From contig CBDDBZ010000039.1 in the NCBI GenBank assembly GCA_965225945.1, positions 544,001 through 608,000 of the forward strand: 64,000 bases of DNA. Reading direction: 5' to 3'. The DNA is from Alphaproteobacteria bacterium (GTDB lineage: Bacteria > Pseudomonadota > Alphaproteobacteria > GCA-2731375). The notes under the pieces are model-generated. The model had not been told where the DNA came from, searched no databases, and was given only the letters and a program-made list of their open reading frames with translations. The stretch's first letter is position 1. The number at the start of each line of letters is the position of its first letter. A program made the translations under genes and the position numbers. Below, one piece after another: positions 11,292 through 23,208 of this stretch.

Positions 11292-12043
11292 CCGTGCATG
11301 GTGAGGCCGCCCGATACGCTGATGGTCTGCCCGGTGATGTAGGCGGCATCGTCGCTCAGAAGAAAGGCGACCATGCCCGGATAATCCTCGGGCTGCGCCA
11401 GGCGGCGCATCGGAATGGCGCGCTCGAGCGCACCTCTGAGCTTCTCCGGGATCGCGGCCAGCAAAGGCGTGTCGGTAGGCCCGGGGCAGACCGTATTGAG
11501 GGTGATCCCCTTGCGTGTCAGCTCGCGCGCGAGCGTCTTGTTGAAGGCGATGACGCCGCCCTTGCAGGCGCTGTAGACCGCCTCGCCCGAGGAGCCGACC
11601 CTGCCCGCGTCGGAGGAGATGGTGACGACCCGGCCGCCGCCCCGTTCCACCATCTTCTTCAGCACCACGTGGCTCATGTTGATCGGCCCATAGAGATTGA
11701 GGTCGATCACCTTGCGCCAGAGTTCCTGGTCGTTGTCGAGGAAGGGCTCGGGCTTGTCCCAGCCGGCGTTGTTGACGAGGCCGGTGATCGGACCGGCGGC
11801 GGCCTCGAAGGCCCCGACGTCGCGCTGGACGGCATCATAGGAGGTGATGTCGGTGGCGAAGGCAATTGCCCGACCGCCGGCGCCCTCGATCGCCGCCTTG
11901 GTCTCCTCGCCGCCGGCGGGGTTGATGTCGAAGATGCCGACGAGGGCGCCTTCCTCGCCCAGCCGGCACGAAATCGCCCGCCCGATGCCGCTGGCCCCGC
12001 CGGTGACGGCGATGATTTGATCCCGCAAGCCCCGCATGCCCAT
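11288..12043 (-). CDS. badH: SDR oxidoreductase, BadH-like 2-hydroxycyclohexanecarboxyl-CoA dehydrogenase
   Basis: [42 protein letters not shown] and [10 protein letters not shown] motifs. Confidence 0.75.
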   Translation of the reverse strand: MGMRGLRDQIIAVTGGASGIGRAISCRLGEEGALVGIFDINPAGGEETKAAIEGAGGRAIAFATDITSYDAVQRDVGAFEAAAGPITGLVNNAGWDKPEPFLDNDQELWRKVIDLNLYGPINMSHVVLKKMVERGGGRVVTISSDAGRVGSSGEAVYSACKGGVIAFNKTLARELTRKGITLNTVCPGPTDTPLLAAIPEKLRGALERAIPMRRLAQPEDYPGMVAFLLSDDAAYITGQTISVSGGLTMHG

Positions 12044-12199
12044 TCTCCCAAGCCGTCGCAGTGACCACCAATGACACCAACCGCCTTAAAGCATGATCCG
12101 ATCATATGGAATCGTTTGATGGTGGCAAATCGGCCTCTGGGGCAGGCGCGGCGCCGCGCTCCCCCGGCCTCGGGCACTTTACCAGCCGGACCTCTTATA

Positions 12200-13363
12200 C
12201 CGGTGACCCCATGATGTGACTCTTGGGGGGATTCCCTCGGTGCGGATTTTGTGATTCCCTCACTCCCACACAACATATGGTGGGGTTGAGATGGTTGCGC
12301 TCAAGATACGGGATGATATGACGGCGGATGAGCTTCGGCGCTGGGCCCGCACCTCGGCCCGGGGTCGGGCGGCGGCGCGGGCCTACGCGATCGCCAACGC
12401 GCTGGAAGGGATGAGCCGGGACGAGGCGGCGCGCTTGGCCGGGATGGAACGCCAAGCGTTGCACGACGCGGTCGTTCGCTACAACGCCGAAGGGCTGGCG
12501 GGACTGTTCGATCGTCCCAAGGGTCGCCCTCCCTTCCGCTTGAACGCGGACGAGGAGGCGGCCTTGAAGGCGGTCGTCCTCGACGGGCCGGATCCCGAGC
12601 GCGACGGGATCTCGGCCTGGACCCGCGCCGATCTCTGCCGTTGGGTGGAAGAGAGGTTCGCCAAGACCTATCACCCCTCCTCGATGAGCCGGGTGCTGCG
12701 ACGACTGGATTTGTCGCGCCAGAAGATACGCCCGGCCCATGCGAAGAAGGACCCGGAGGCCGAGGAGAGCTTCAAAAAAGGGGGCTTCGCGCGCGCCTGA
12801 AGGCGGTTCGCGAGGCCCATCCCGGCAAGCGCGTCGAACTCTGGTTTCAGGACGAGGCCCGCGTCGGCAACAAGGGGCGGGTCTGCCATCGCTGGTGGCG
12901 CCGGGGAGAGCGCGCCAGGGGACCCAGGCAGATCGGCTACCAATGGGCCTATATCTATACCGTCGTGCATCCGGCGAGCGGCGCCGACTTCACTCTCGTG
13001 CTCCCCGCCGTCAATGCCGATCTCATGAACCTGTTCCTCGCCCGCTTCGCCGCCACCCTGCCCGAGGACGTCCACGTCGCGATCGTCCTCGACGGCGCCG
13101 GTTGGCACGACCCCAGGGCACTCGACATCCCGGAGAACCTCACTCTGGTCTTCCCGCCGCCCTACTGTCCCGAGCTCAATCCCGTCGAGCGTCTGTGGCT
13201 CTACCTCAGAGACCGCTTCCTCTCGATCCGCGTCCTCGACGACACCAACGCCATCATCGACGCCTGCTGCGCCGCGTGGAACAAACTCCTTGACGAAGAG
13301 GACCGAATCCAATCTCTCTGCGCATACCCCTGGATCATGGAGATCAGTTCATAGGCTCACTGG
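12200..13363 (+). mobile_element. IS630-family element of a second type, with a two-ORF frameshifted transposase
   Basis: Imperfect inverted ends CCGGTGACCCCATGA and TCATAGGCTCACTGG, with TA on both sides (12198-12199, 13364-13365). Confidence 0.9.
12291..13354 (+). CDS. IS630 transposase: OrfA (12291-12800, HTH) joined to OrfB (DDE) by a probable -1 frameshift
   Basis: Slippery AAAAAAG at 12774-12780; OrfB has WFQDEAR, LDGAGWH and PPYCPELNPVERLW. Confidence 0.88.
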
Positions 13364-13365
13364 TA

Positions 13366-14523
13366 TTAGCCCAGGGCTCGATCGGAGCGTCGCGGAATCT
13401 GGGCGTCGCGATGTACGTAGACCCCGATCAGCAGGCCGAACCCCATCAGCAACGTCACCATCGCCGTGCCGCCATAAGAAACCAGCGGCAGCGGCACGCC
13501 GACCACGGGGACCAGCCCTGTCACCATGGCGATGTTGATGAAGACGTAGACGAAGAAGGTGGCGGTGATGCCCATGGCGACCAGGCGGCCGAACTGGTTG
13601 CGGGAGCGGAGCGCGATCGCAAAGCCGTAGGTCAGGATGGCGATGTAGAGGCCGACCAGCACCAGACAGCCGATCAGCCCGAGTTCCTCCGCCAGCATGG
13701 TGAAGATGAAATCGGTCTGCTGCTCGGGCAGGAAATTGAGGTGGCTCTGCGTGCCCTGCATGAAGCCCCGGCCGAGCACGCCGCCGGAGCCGAGCGCGAT
13801 CTTCGACTGCAGGATGTGATAGCCGGCGCCCAAGGGATCGCTCTCGGGATCGAGGAAGGTCAGCACGCGCTGGCGCTGATAGTCGCGCAGCCCGTAACGC
13901 CAGGCGAAGGGCACCACCACCAGGACCAGGGCCACCGCCAGGGCGAATTTCCAGATCCGGACACCGGCCTGGAAAAATAGCACCATCGCCACGATGGCGA
14001 TCAACACCGCCGTGCCCAAGTCGGGTTGGCGCAGGACCAGGGCGATGGGCGCGAGCGCCATCGCCAACGGCGGGATCAGCAGGATCGGCCGGCCGATATC
14101 CTCGTGGCTGATGCCGTGAAAATAGCGCGCCAGCGCCAGCACCAGGGCAATCTTCACCACCTCCGCGGGCTGAAGCTGGAAAAACCCGAGGTCGACCCAG
14201 CGGCGCGCGCCCATGCCGATGGTACCCATGACTTCCACCGCCAGCAGCAGCGCCAGGGCGAGGGCGTAGATGACATAGGCATGGCGCAGCCAGAAGCGCA
14301 CGTCGACGAGCGCGATCGCCACCATCATCACCAGGCCGATGGCGAAGCGCGCCATCTGTCGCGACGCCCAGGGCGAGACAGAGCCGTCGGCGGCCGAATA
14401 GAGCATGGCGAAGCCGATCGCCGCCACCAGCGTCACCAACAGCACCAGCAGCCAGTTGACGTCCAAAATCTTCTGCCCGAGCGACAGCTTCTCCTGGCGC
14501 CGGGCGTCGGGACCGAGGCTCAT
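13366..14523 (-). CDS. rodA: Rod shape-determining protein RodA (SEDS family)
   Basis: QPAEVVK, QPDLGTA, LPEQQTDFIF and PLVSYGG motifs; directly after PBP2. Confidence 0.96.
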   Translation of the reverse strand: MSLGPDARRQEKLSLGQKILDVNWLLVLLVTLVAAIGFAMLYSAADGSVSPWASRQMARFAIGLVMMVAIALVDVRFWLRHAYVIYALALALLLAVEVMGTIGMGARRWVDLGFFQLQPAEVVKIALVLALARYFHGISHEDIGRPILLIPPLAMALAPIALVLRQPDLGTAVLIAIVAMVLFFQAGVRIWKFALAVALVLVVVPFAWRYGLRDYQRQRVLTFLDPESDPLGAGYHILQSKIALGSGGVLGRGFMQGTQSHLNFLPEQQTDFIFTMLAEELGLIGCLVLVGLYIAILTYGFAIALRSRNQFGRLVAMGITATFFVYVFINIAMVTGLVPVVGVPLPLVSYGGTAMVTLLMGFGLLIGVYVHRDAQIPRRSDRALG

Positions 14524-16397
14524 CCGCGTTCACCCGTGCGCGTCGAGCGCGCCGCGAGGCGGCCCAGCGCCCTTCGGCGGACCGGATCGCGACGCAGCAG
14601 CTCGCTCATCAGGTCCTTGGCGACGAGGGCCGCCTTGGCGCCGGAGCCGCCGTGCTCGATGATCAAAGAGAGCGCATAACGCGGCGCCTCGAGGGGGGCG
14701 TAGGCGACGAAGAGGCCATGGTCGCGCTGCTCCCAGGGGGTGTCCTGGGCGGGCTTGCCGCCCTTCGAGCGTTCCGTCTTGGTAATACGGCGGACCTGCG
14801 ACGTGCCGGTCTTGCCGGCCATGCGGACCCCGCCCTCCAGGCGCGCTCTGCGGGCGGTGCCGCGGCGACCGTTGACGACCCGGTCCATGGCCTCGCGCAC
14901 CACCTCCAGGTGGCGCGCCGCGAGTCCGAGGGAGGGCGCCTCGCCCGCGTCCTCACCCGCGTCGCCAACGACGTGGCGCAGCAGTCGCGGCCGCACCGCC
15001 CGACCGGTGGCGAGCCGGGCCGTCATCGTCGCGGCCTGCAGCGGCGTGAACAGCATGTAGCCCTGACCGATGCCGGTGATCAGCGTTTCGCCCTGCTGCC
15101 AGGGCTTGCCGGTAAGCGCCAGCTTCCACGCCTTGCTCGGCACCAGGCCGGGCCGCTCGCCCTCCAGCTCTATGTCGAGAATTTCGCCGAGGCCGAAGCG
15201 CCGGGCCATGTCGGCGATGCGATCGATGCCGATCCGCTTGCTGGTCTCGTAAAAATAGACGTCGCAGGACTGCTCGATGGCCTCGCGCATATCGACATGG
15301 CCGTGTCCGCCGTAGCGGTGGCGCCAGCAATAAAAGGTGTGATTGCCGAGCTTCAGCTTGCCGTTGCAGAAGACCCGTTGCCCGGCGCCGACCAGGCCGG
15401 AGCCAAGCGCCGCCAGCGCCACCACCATCTTGAAGACGGATCCGGGCGGATACTGACCGGAAATCGCCTTGTTGGTGAGCGGCGCTCTGGGGTGATCGCG
15501 GAGCGCCTTCCAGGCCTTGGCGCTGAGGCCGCGATTGAAGGCGCCCGGATCGAAGCTGGGCGTCGAGGTCATCGCCAAGACCTCGCCGGTGTGCGCGTCG
15601 AGCACGACGGCGGCCGCGCTCTCCTCGGCCAGGCGGCCGACGACGCGGCGTTGCAGGTCGTCGTCGACGGTGAGCACGACGTCGCGGCCCGGCTCGCCCT
15701 CCTGGCGTTTCAGCTCCCGGATCTCGCGGCCGAAGGCGTTGACCTCGACCCGGCTGTTGCCGGCACTGCCGCGCAGGCGTCTTTCGAAGATCTTCTCGGC
15801 GCCGTTCTTGCCGATGCGGAAGTCCGGGAGCGTCAGCAGCGGATCGCCGGTGAGCTCGCTTTCCGAGACCGCGGCGACGTAACCCACGACATGGGCCATC
15901 CGCTCGCCCGTGGGATAGTGGCGGCGCTCGCCGACGTCGGTTCTGACGCCGGGCAGATCCGGCAGGTTGACGTTGACCTTGGCGAACTCGTTCCAGCTCA
16001 AATTCTCCACCAGAGTCAGGGTCAGGAAGGGGCGGCGGCGTCCGACCTCGTGCTCGATCCGCGCCAGCGCGCCATCGTTCAGCGACAGCAGACGGGACAG
16101 CCGGCGCACCGTCAGCTCGATGTCCTCCGCCGCGTCGGGATCGAGCAGCACGCGGAAATTCGGTCGATTGCGGGCGAGTTCCGTGCCGAAACGGTCGAGA
16201 ATGCGGCCGCGCGGCGGCGGCAGCAGGCGGACGTTGATCCGGTTCTCCTCGGCCAGCATCCGGTACTGATCGGCCTCCACGACCTGGAGGTAGTACATCC
16301 GGCCGATGAGGGCGCCGAACAGCGAGAGCTTGCCAACGCCCAGCAAGGCGGCCCTGCGGGTGAAGGTCTTCTGCCGCTCGCCGTCGCGCTCGACCAC
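14520..16397 (-). CDS. mrdA: Penicillin-binding protein 2
   Basis: PGSVFK (SxxK), SCD (SxD) and GKTGTSQ motifs; mre operon context. Confidence 0.96.
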   Translation of the reverse strand: MVERDGERQKTFTRRAALLGVGKLSLFGALIGRMYYLQVVEADQYRMLAEENRINVRLLPPPRGRILDRFGTELARNRPNFRVLLDPDAAEDIELTVRRLSRLLSLNDGALARIEHEVGRRRPFLTLTLVENLSWNEFAKVNVNLPDLPGVRTDVGERRHYPTGERMAHVVGYVAAVSESELTGDPLLTLPDFRIGKNGAEKIFERRLRGSAGNSRVEVNAFGREIRELKRQEGEPGRDVVLTVDDDLQRRVVGRLAEESAAAVVLDAHTGEVLAMTSTPSFDPGAFNRGLSAKAWKALRDHPRAPLTNKAISGQYPPGSVFKMVVALAALGSGLVGAGQRVFCNGKLKLGNHTFYCWRHRYGGHGHVDMREAIEQSCDVYFYETSKRIGIDRIADMARRFGLGEILDIELEGERPGLVPSKAWKLALTGKPWQQGETLITGIGQGYMLFTPLQAATMTARLATGRAVRPRLLRHVVGDAGEDAGEAPSLGLAARHLEVVREAMDRVVNGRRGTARRARLEGGVRMAGKTGTSQVRRITKTERSKGGKPAQDTPWEQRDHGLFVAYAPLEAPRYALSLIIEHGGSGAKAALVAKDLMSELLRRDPVRRRALGRLAARSTRTGERG

Positions 16398-16398
16398 C

Positions 16399-16908
16399 TC
16401 AAGCCTCCCCGGGCATCGCCAGACGCCGCCCGATCCAGCCGAACAGCTCGGCGACCAACGGATAGGCCGCGAGCGTGATCAGCAGCTGCAATCCCACCGC
16501 GCCGAAGTCGAACAGGTTCAGATGATAGAGCGAGGCGCCGATCCAGATCCCGACCATCGCCACCGAAGCGAGCAGCGAGAAGCCGAACCAGCCGACCACG
16601 AACGGCCGGCCGGCGAAGGCGCGTCGCTGGTGCAAGGTCGCATACTGCAACGCCACCAGGATCAGCGCGGTGAGACCGAGCGGCGTTCCGCCCAGCACGT
16701 CGGCGACGATGCCGACGAAAAAGGCGGCGCCCGCCGGCATCGTCCTCGGGCTGTTGACCGTCCAATAGTAGACGGCGATCAGGCCGAAGGCGGGCAGCAG
16801 TGCGGCATCGATGCCGAGCGGCAGATGGGCGAGGATGATCAGCAAGATCGCCACCACGGCCGGCACCAGGTCGCGCAACCATTCGAGCGCGCGCGACAGC
16901 GGGATCAT
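16399..16908 (-). CDS. mreD: Rod shape-determining protein MreD
   Basis: Polytopic membrane protein (VYYW, G..AD..GGTPLG) between mreC and mrdA. Confidence 0.9.
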   Translation of the reverse strand: MIPLSRALEWLRDLVPAVVAILLIILAHLPLGIDAALLPAFGLIAVYYWTVNSPRTMPAGAAFFVGIVADVLGGTPLGLTALILVALQYATLHQRRAFAGRPFVVGWFGFSLLASVAMVGIWIGASLYHLNLFDFGAVGLQLLITLAAYPLVAELFGWIGRRLAMPGEA

Positions 16909-16920
16909 GAGCCCACTCTC

Positions 16921-17784
16921 CTACTCCATCGAGCCATCGATCTCTTCCAACACCACCGGCTCGTGGCGGATCAACACGGTGTATTCTAGCCGGTTCCAGT
17001 CGACGAAGGGCGTGACTCGGATCTCGCCCTCCGAAATCGAGGCGACGTGGCCCACCGGCAGGCCCGGCGGCAACAGGCCGCCATGGCCCGAGGTCACCAG
17101 GCGGTCGCCCGGGCTCACCGTCGTATTTTGCGGCAGATATAATAGCTTTGGACGGGCACTGTTGTCGCCGGCCAGGATCGCCCGCATCCGCGAGCCGTCG
17201 ACCCGGACTGGAATGCGACTGTTGAGGTCGTTCAACAACAGCAACCGGGAGGCTCGTTCGCCGACCTCGACCACGCGGCCGGCGAGACCGCCTTCCGCCA
17301 TCGCCGCCTGGCCCGAGACGACGCCGTCGCGCGCGCCGGCCCCGATGATCAACGTGCGCACGAAGGGGCCGCCCGTGTCGGCGATGATGCGGCCGGTCAC
17401 GAAGGAGCTGTGCGGCTCCGGCCGGAGGTTGAGCTGGGCCCGCAAGACGACGTTCTCGCGCTCCAGGCGACGGGCGATTTCCTGCCAATCGGCTAGGCGA
17501 TCCAGGTCGCGGCGCAGGCGTTCGTTGTCCTGTTGCAAGGACCAGACGTTCAGCGCCGCCGAGGCCGCGCCCCGGGCGCTCTCCAACGGGCTTTCCAGCA
17601 CCACCAGGACCGGCGCCAACAGATCCGTCAGCATGGCGCGCAGGCGCACCACCGCCTCGTTGTTGGCCTTGCCGAGGACGAGAAGGACCAAGGCGGCGGA
17701 CAACAGTAGCAGATAAGCCGGTCGTTGGACCACGACGCGCGCCGGAGCCGAAAATCTCGCGATCCGGCCGCTTCTCGGCCTCAC
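16921..17784 (-). CDS. mreC: Rod shape-determining protein MreC
   Basis: TM helix, coiled coil (ENVVLR), GLAGRV and VTSGHGG..PPGLPVG motifs. Confidence 0.95.
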   Translation of the reverse strand: MRPRSGRIARFSAPARVVVQRPAYLLLLSAALVLLVLGKANNEAVVRLRAMLTDLLAPVLVVLESPLESARGAASAALNVWSLQQDNERLRRDLDRLADWQEIARRLERENVVLRAQLNLRPEPHSSFVTGRIIADTGGPFVRTLIIGAGARDGVVSGQAAMAEGGLAGRVVEVGERASRLLLLNDLNSRIPVRVDGSRMRAILAGDNSARPKLLYLPQNTTVSPGDRLVTSGHGGLLPPGLPVGHVASISEGEIRVTPFVDWNRLEYTVLIRHEPVVLEEIDGSME

Positions 17785-17836
17785 CGTGATGTTCCTCGCT
17801 CTGGATCCCCTTCGCCGCTAACGTCGTGCGCCGTTC

Positions 17837-18979
<1,143 letters not shown>

Positions 18980-19067
18980 CTAGCCTCTTAAGCGCCCGGC
19001 GACGCCAGCGTCAGCCCGGATGTCGCCTGAAACAATAACAAGCTTAATACATTATCACGACATATCG

Positions 19068-19083
19068 TAAACATTTTGTTAAC
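19068..19083. promoter_or_regulatory. Candidate CtrA box upstream of mreB
   Basis: TAAA-CATTTTG-TTAAC, one mismatch to TTAA-N7-TTAAC, inside an AT-rich patch. Confidence 0.45.
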
Positions 19084-19132
19084 GATAACCTGCAAAACCA
19101 TGAAACTGCGATCAAAATTCCTCTCTTAGCTA

Positions 19133-20311
19133 GTGTCCTGATCGATAAATTGATATGATTATGTCTCTATTTGTTTTCAGGAGGCGCGATTGATGGCGAG
19201 AGTGGCGGTGACGATCTCTTTGAGCGATGACGAGCGCGCCGAATTGGAGGCGCTGTCTCGTCGTCGCAAGACGTCGCAGGGGCTTGCGCGGCGGGCTCGG
19301 ATCGTCTTGGCGGCGGCGGAAGGGTTGGAGAACAAGGAGATCGCCGTTCGTCTCGAGGCGAGCGCGGACACCGTGGGCAAGTGGCGTCGCCGCTATGCGG
19401 CGGAGGGCCTCGACGGTCTGTACGACGAACCCCGCCCCGGCGCGCCGCGTCAAATCGGCGATGACGCCATCGCGGAAGCGGTCCGGCTGACGCTGGAAGA
19501 GACGCCGCCGGACGCGACCCATTGGAGCCTTCGCTCGATGGCGCGGGCGAGCGGCCACGCGCCCTCGACCATTCATCGCATCTGGCGGGCCTTCGGCTTG
19601 CAGCCGCATCGCTCGGAGACCTTCAAGCTGTCGAGCGATCCCTTCTTCGTGGAGAAGGTCCGCGACATCGTCGGTCTGTATTTGGCGCCGCCGGATCGTG
19701 CCCTGGTTCTCTGTGTCGACGAAAAGAGCCAGATCCAGGCCCTGGACCGTTCCCAGCCCCTCTTGCCGATGCGCCCCGGGCAGGCGGAGCGGCGCAGCCA
19801 CGACTACAAGCGCCACGGCACGACCTCTCTCTTCGCGGCCCTCGACATCGCCACGGGAGAGATCATCGGCAAATGTTTCCCGCGCCATCGGGCCCGAGAG
19901 TTCCGCAAATTCCTCGACCTCGTCGAGGCGAACGTCCCTGCTGATCTCGACATCCACATCGTCATGGACAACTACGGGACCCACAAGACCAAGGCGATCC
20001 GCGACTGGTTCGCCAAACGGCCGCGCTGGCAGGCCCATTTCACACCCACCAGCGCCTCCTGGCTCAACCAGGTCGAGCGCTGGTTCGGGCTGCTGACCGA
20101 CAAACAGATCAGGCGCGGCGTCCATCGCTCCACCAAGGAGCTGGAGCGCACCATCCTCGACTACATCGACACGACAAACCAGAACCCCAAACCCTTCAAA
20201 TGGACCAAATCCGCCGATGACATCCTCGCCGCCATCCAGCGGTTCTGCCTCCGAACAATCGAAACCGCTGAACAGCAGGCGAAAATCATGCGAACTTCGG
20301 AATCGGGACAC
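19133..20311 (+). mobile_element. IS630-family element, copy 2 (near-identical to copy 1)
   Basis: Same ends as copy 1; CTAG at 19130-19133 and 20311-20314. Confidence 0.95.
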
Positions 20312-20314
20312 TAG
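19190..20314 (+). CDS. IS630 transposase
   Basis: Differs from copy 1 at four residues (S/T, N/H, G/A, I/T); DDE motifs intact. Confidence 0.95.
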   Translation: MMARVAVTISLSDDERAELEALSRRRKTSQGLARRARIVLAAAEGLENKEIAVRLEASADTVGKWRRRYAAEGLDGLYDEPRPGAPRQIGDDAIAEAVRLTLEETPPDATHWSLRSMARASGHAPSTIHRIWRAFGLQPHRSETFKLSSDPFFVEKVRDIVGLYLAPPDRALVLCVDEKSQIQALDRSQPLLPMRPGQAERRSHDYKRHGTTSLFAALDIATGEIIGKCFPRHRAREFRKFLDLVEANVPADLDIHIVMDNYGTHKTKAIRDWFAKRPRWQAHFTPTSASWLNQVERWFGLLTDKQIRRGVHRSTKELERTILDYIDTTNQNPKPFKWTKSADDILAAIQRFCLRTIETAEQQAKIMRTSESGH

Positions 20315-21330
20315 TTCTTGTCCTTGTCGACCAGTCGATTCTCGGCGATCCAGGGCATCATCGCCCGGAGTCGCTCGCCCACCTCCTCGCACGGGTGTGC
20401 CATCGCCTGGCGGCGCATCGCCTTGAAACTGGCCTGATTGACCTTGTTCTCCAACATCCAGGTGCGGGCGAACTCGCCCGACTGAATACTGACCAGCGCG
20501 GCGCGCATGTTGGCCTTGACGTGGTCGTCGATGATCCGGGGGCCCATCAGGTATTCGCCGTACTCGGCCGTGTTCGAGACCGAATAGTTCATGTTGGCGA
20601 TGCCGCCCTCGTAGATCAAATCGACGATCAGCTTCAACTCGTGGATGCACTCGAAATACGCCATTTCCGGCGCGTATCCCGCCTCGACCAGGGTATCGAA
20701 GCCGGCCTTCATCAATTCGCAGACGCCGCCGCAGAGCACGGTCTGCTCGCCGAAGAGATCGGTCTCGCACTCCTCGCGGAAGGTGGTCTCGATGGTGCCG
20801 GCGCGGCCGCCGCCGATCGCGCTGGAATAGCTGAGGCCGATCTCGTGGGCGTTGCCGGTGGCGTCCTGGTGTATGGCCAAGAGACAGGGAACGCCGGCGC
20901 CACGCACGTATTCCGAGCGCACAGTATGACCCGGACCCTTCGGCGCGATCATGAAGACGTCCATGTCGGCGCGCGGCTCGATCAGGTTGAAGTGGATCGA
21001 GAGGCCGTGGGCGAAAGCCATCGCCGTGCCTTCGCGCATGGTGCCGCGTAGCTCGCTCTCCCAGAGCTCGGCCTGGCCCTCGTCCGGGGTCAGCACCATG
21101 ACGATATCGCCCCAGGCGGCGGCCTCGGCCACCGTCTTCACCTGGAAGCCCGCCTGTTCCGCCTTGGCGGCGCTGGCCGATCCGGGCCGTAGCGCCACCA
21201 CGATGTCGGGCACGCCCGAGTCCTTCAGGTTGTTGGCATGCGCGTGGCCCTGGCTGCCGTAGCCCAGGATGGCCACCTTCTTGCTCTTGATCAGGGCTAC
21301 GTCTGCGTCGCGATCATAGTAAACCCGCAT
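20311..21330 (-). CDS. ilvC: Ketol-acid reductoisomerase
   Basis: [24 protein letters not shown] and SNTAEYG motifs. Confidence 0.98.
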   Translation of the reverse strand: MRVYYDRDADVALIKSKKVAILGYGSQGHAHANNLKDSGVPDIVVALRPGSASAAKAEQAGFQVKTVAEAAAWGDIVMVLTPDEGQAELWESELRGTMREGTAMAFAHGLSIHFNLIEPRADMDVFMIAPKGPGHTVRSEYVRGAGVPCLLAIHQDATGNAHEIGLSYSSAIGGGRAGTIETTFREECETDLFGEQTVLCGGVCELMKAGFDTLVEAGYAPEMAYFECIHELKLIVDLIYEGGIANMNYSVSNTAEYGEYLMGPRIIDDHVKANMRAALVSIQSGEFARTWMLENKVNQASFKAMRRQAMAHPCEEVGERLRAMMPWIAENRLVDKDKN

Positions 21331-21381
21331 CTTCGGTCCTCTTTTCCGCTCGTTGATCCCTCAGGATCCAACTCCATTGGA

Positions 21382-21390
21382 ATTATACCA
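21382..21390 (-). promoter_or_regulatory. Extended -10 promoter (TGnTATAAT) for ilvC
   Basis: Minus strand reads TGGTATAAT about 50 bp upstream of the ilvC ATG. Confidence 0.55.
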
Positions 21391-21396
21391 ATCGCC

Positions 21397-22619
21397 CATG
21401 GTACACGACGGCATTTACGTAGGACGTTGAAAAGGTTGTAGGATTCCCGATTCACTCCACGACGAGTCAAGAGGGAAATCATGCGAGACAACCCGATCAA
21501 CGCCCTGCGTGAGACGCTACGATGCGGCTTCGCCTTTCGCAAGAGCCGTCTGGAGAGCCTTTGCGTCTTGGTCTTCGGCGTGTTCGTCGCCCGGACGGTG
21601 AACCTCTCTCACTTGGCCTGCCACTTTCCGGGGCGCGCGCGATCCAGCTCCAACTATCGGCGCCTGCAACGGTTTTTCGAGCAAGTCGATTTCGATTACG
21701 ATCGCCTCGCCGAGTTCCTGGTCGCGATGATGGGGCTCCAGGCGGGGCCGTGGCGGCTGACCATGGACCGGACCAACTGGCGGCTGGGTCGCCGCGACGT
21801 CAACATCTTGATGATCGGCATCGTCAACCGCGCCATCGCCATTCCCGTGTGCTGGCGGGTGCTCGACAAGGCGGGCAATTCCAATACCAAGGAGCGGATC
21901 GCGATCCTCGAACACGTCCTCCGGCTCTTCGGGGTCGACAAGATCGCCAGCCTCCTGGCCGACCGGGAATTCATCGGCGACGCCTGGCTGGCATGGTTGC
22001 AGGAAAAGGCCATCCCCTTTCACATCCGCATCCGATCCAACATCAAGATCGCCAACACGCGTGGTCGCATGGTCAAGGCGAGGGAGCTGTTTCGCGACCT
22101 CAAACCCGGGGAAAGCTGCATCCTCTCCAACGCCAGGCGCCTCTCGGAGGCCAGAAAACCCAAGGCCAGGCCCGTCTTCGTCGCCGCGCTCCATCTCAAG
22201 ACCGGCGAACTGTTGATCGTCGTGACCAACGACGCGCCCGAGGAGGCCTTGGCCATCTACGCCCAGCGCTGGCAAATCAAGACCCTCTTCGCCGCCTTGA
22301 AAACCCGTGGCTTCAACCTCGAAGACACCCACATGACCGACCCGGAGCGCATCTCCAAGCTCACCGCCGTCCTTTCCATCACCTTCTGCTGGGCGCACAA
22401 AGTCGGCGATTGGCTCCACGAGGCCGAGCCGATCCGCCTCAAAACCCACAAAAGGATGGCAAAATCCATCTTCCGATACGGTTTCGAGTGGATAAGGCGA
22501 CAGCTCGTCAATCCTATCGACAGGCGTCAAGCCATTGAGCTGATTCGTTTCCTCGTCCCCGGAAAACCACCAGTCCAGGTGCCCAGGCCAAAGCCAGCAT
22601 GAACGAGTCGTGTACTGTG
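21397..22619 (+). mobile_element. IS4-family element with a 9-bp target duplication
   Basis: Inverted ends CATGGTACACGAC and GTCGTGTACTGTG; CCAATCGCC at 21388-21396 and 22620-22628. Confidence 0.92.
21481..22602 (+). CDS. IS4-family DDE transposase, probably inactive (catalytic Glu replaced by Lys)
   Basis: MDRTNW and LADREF motifs; the YREK motif reads YAQRWQIKTLFAALK. Confidence 0.88.
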   Translation: MRDNPINALRETLRCGFAFRKSRLESLCVLVFGVFVARTVNLSHLACHFPGRARSSSNYRRLQRFFEQVDFDYDRLAEFLVAMMGLQAGPWRLTMDRTNWRLGRRDVNILMIGIVNRAIAIPVCWRVLDKAGNSNTKERIAILEHVLRLFGVDKIASLLADREFIGDAWLAWLQEKAIPFHIRIRSNIKIANTRGRMVKARELFRDLKPGESCILSNARRLSEARKPKARPVFVAALHLKTGELLIVVTNDAPEEALAIYAQRWQIKTLFAALKTRGFNLEDTHMTDPERISKLTAVLSITFCWAHKVGDWLHEAEPIRLKTHKRMAKSIFRYGFEWIRRQLVNPIDRRQAIELIRFLVPGKPPVQVPRPKPA

Positions 22620-22645
22620 CCAATCGCCATTTATGGCGGTGGGCA

Positions 22646-23152
22646 TTACATCTCGTGGGCTCCCCGCGCGATGGCGACCACGCCGGTGCGGGAGATCTCC
22701 ACCAAGCCCAGGGGCCGCATCAGCTTGATGAAGGCGTCGATCTTGGAGGACGATCCGGTCATCTCGAAGACGAAGCTGCAATGGGTCGAATCCACCGCGT
22801 GGGCGCGGAAGATATCGGCGATGCGCAAGCTCTCGATCCGCTCCTCGCCCTTCCCGTTTACCTTGATCAGCGCCAGTTCGCGCTCCACCGAGGGGCCGTC
22901 GAGGGTGAGGTCGGTGACCCGGTGAATCGGCACCAACCGGTCGAGCTGCGCCTTAATCTGCTCGATCACCATCTCCGTCCCGACGGTGACGACGGTGATT
23001 CTCGACAGCTCGTTGGCCTCGTCGACCTCGGCCACGGTCAGGCTCTCGATGTTGTAGCCCCGGCCGGAGAAGAGCCCGATAACGCGCGCCAGCACGCCCG
23101 GCTCGTTGTCGACCAGCACCGAAATCGTGTGCCGTCGATCCGTTGGTTCCAT
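22646..23152 (-). CDS. ilvH: Acetolactate synthase small subunit
   Basis: VLVDNEPGVLARVIGLFSGRGYNIESL ACT domain. Confidence 0.96.
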   Translation of the reverse strand: MEPTDRRHTISVLVDNEPGVLARVIGLFSGRGYNIESLTVAEVDEANELSRITVVTVGTEMVIEQIKAQLDRLVPIHRVTDLTLDGPSVERELALIKVNGKGEERIESLRIADIFRAHAVDSTHCSFVFEMTGSSSKIDAFIKLMRPLGLVEISRTGVVAIARGAHEM

Positions 23153-23208
23153 TGTCGCCGCCACGCCCGGGTGCCTCCGATCGTCCCGCTTGTGTCCCGC
23201 CCGGCCGC

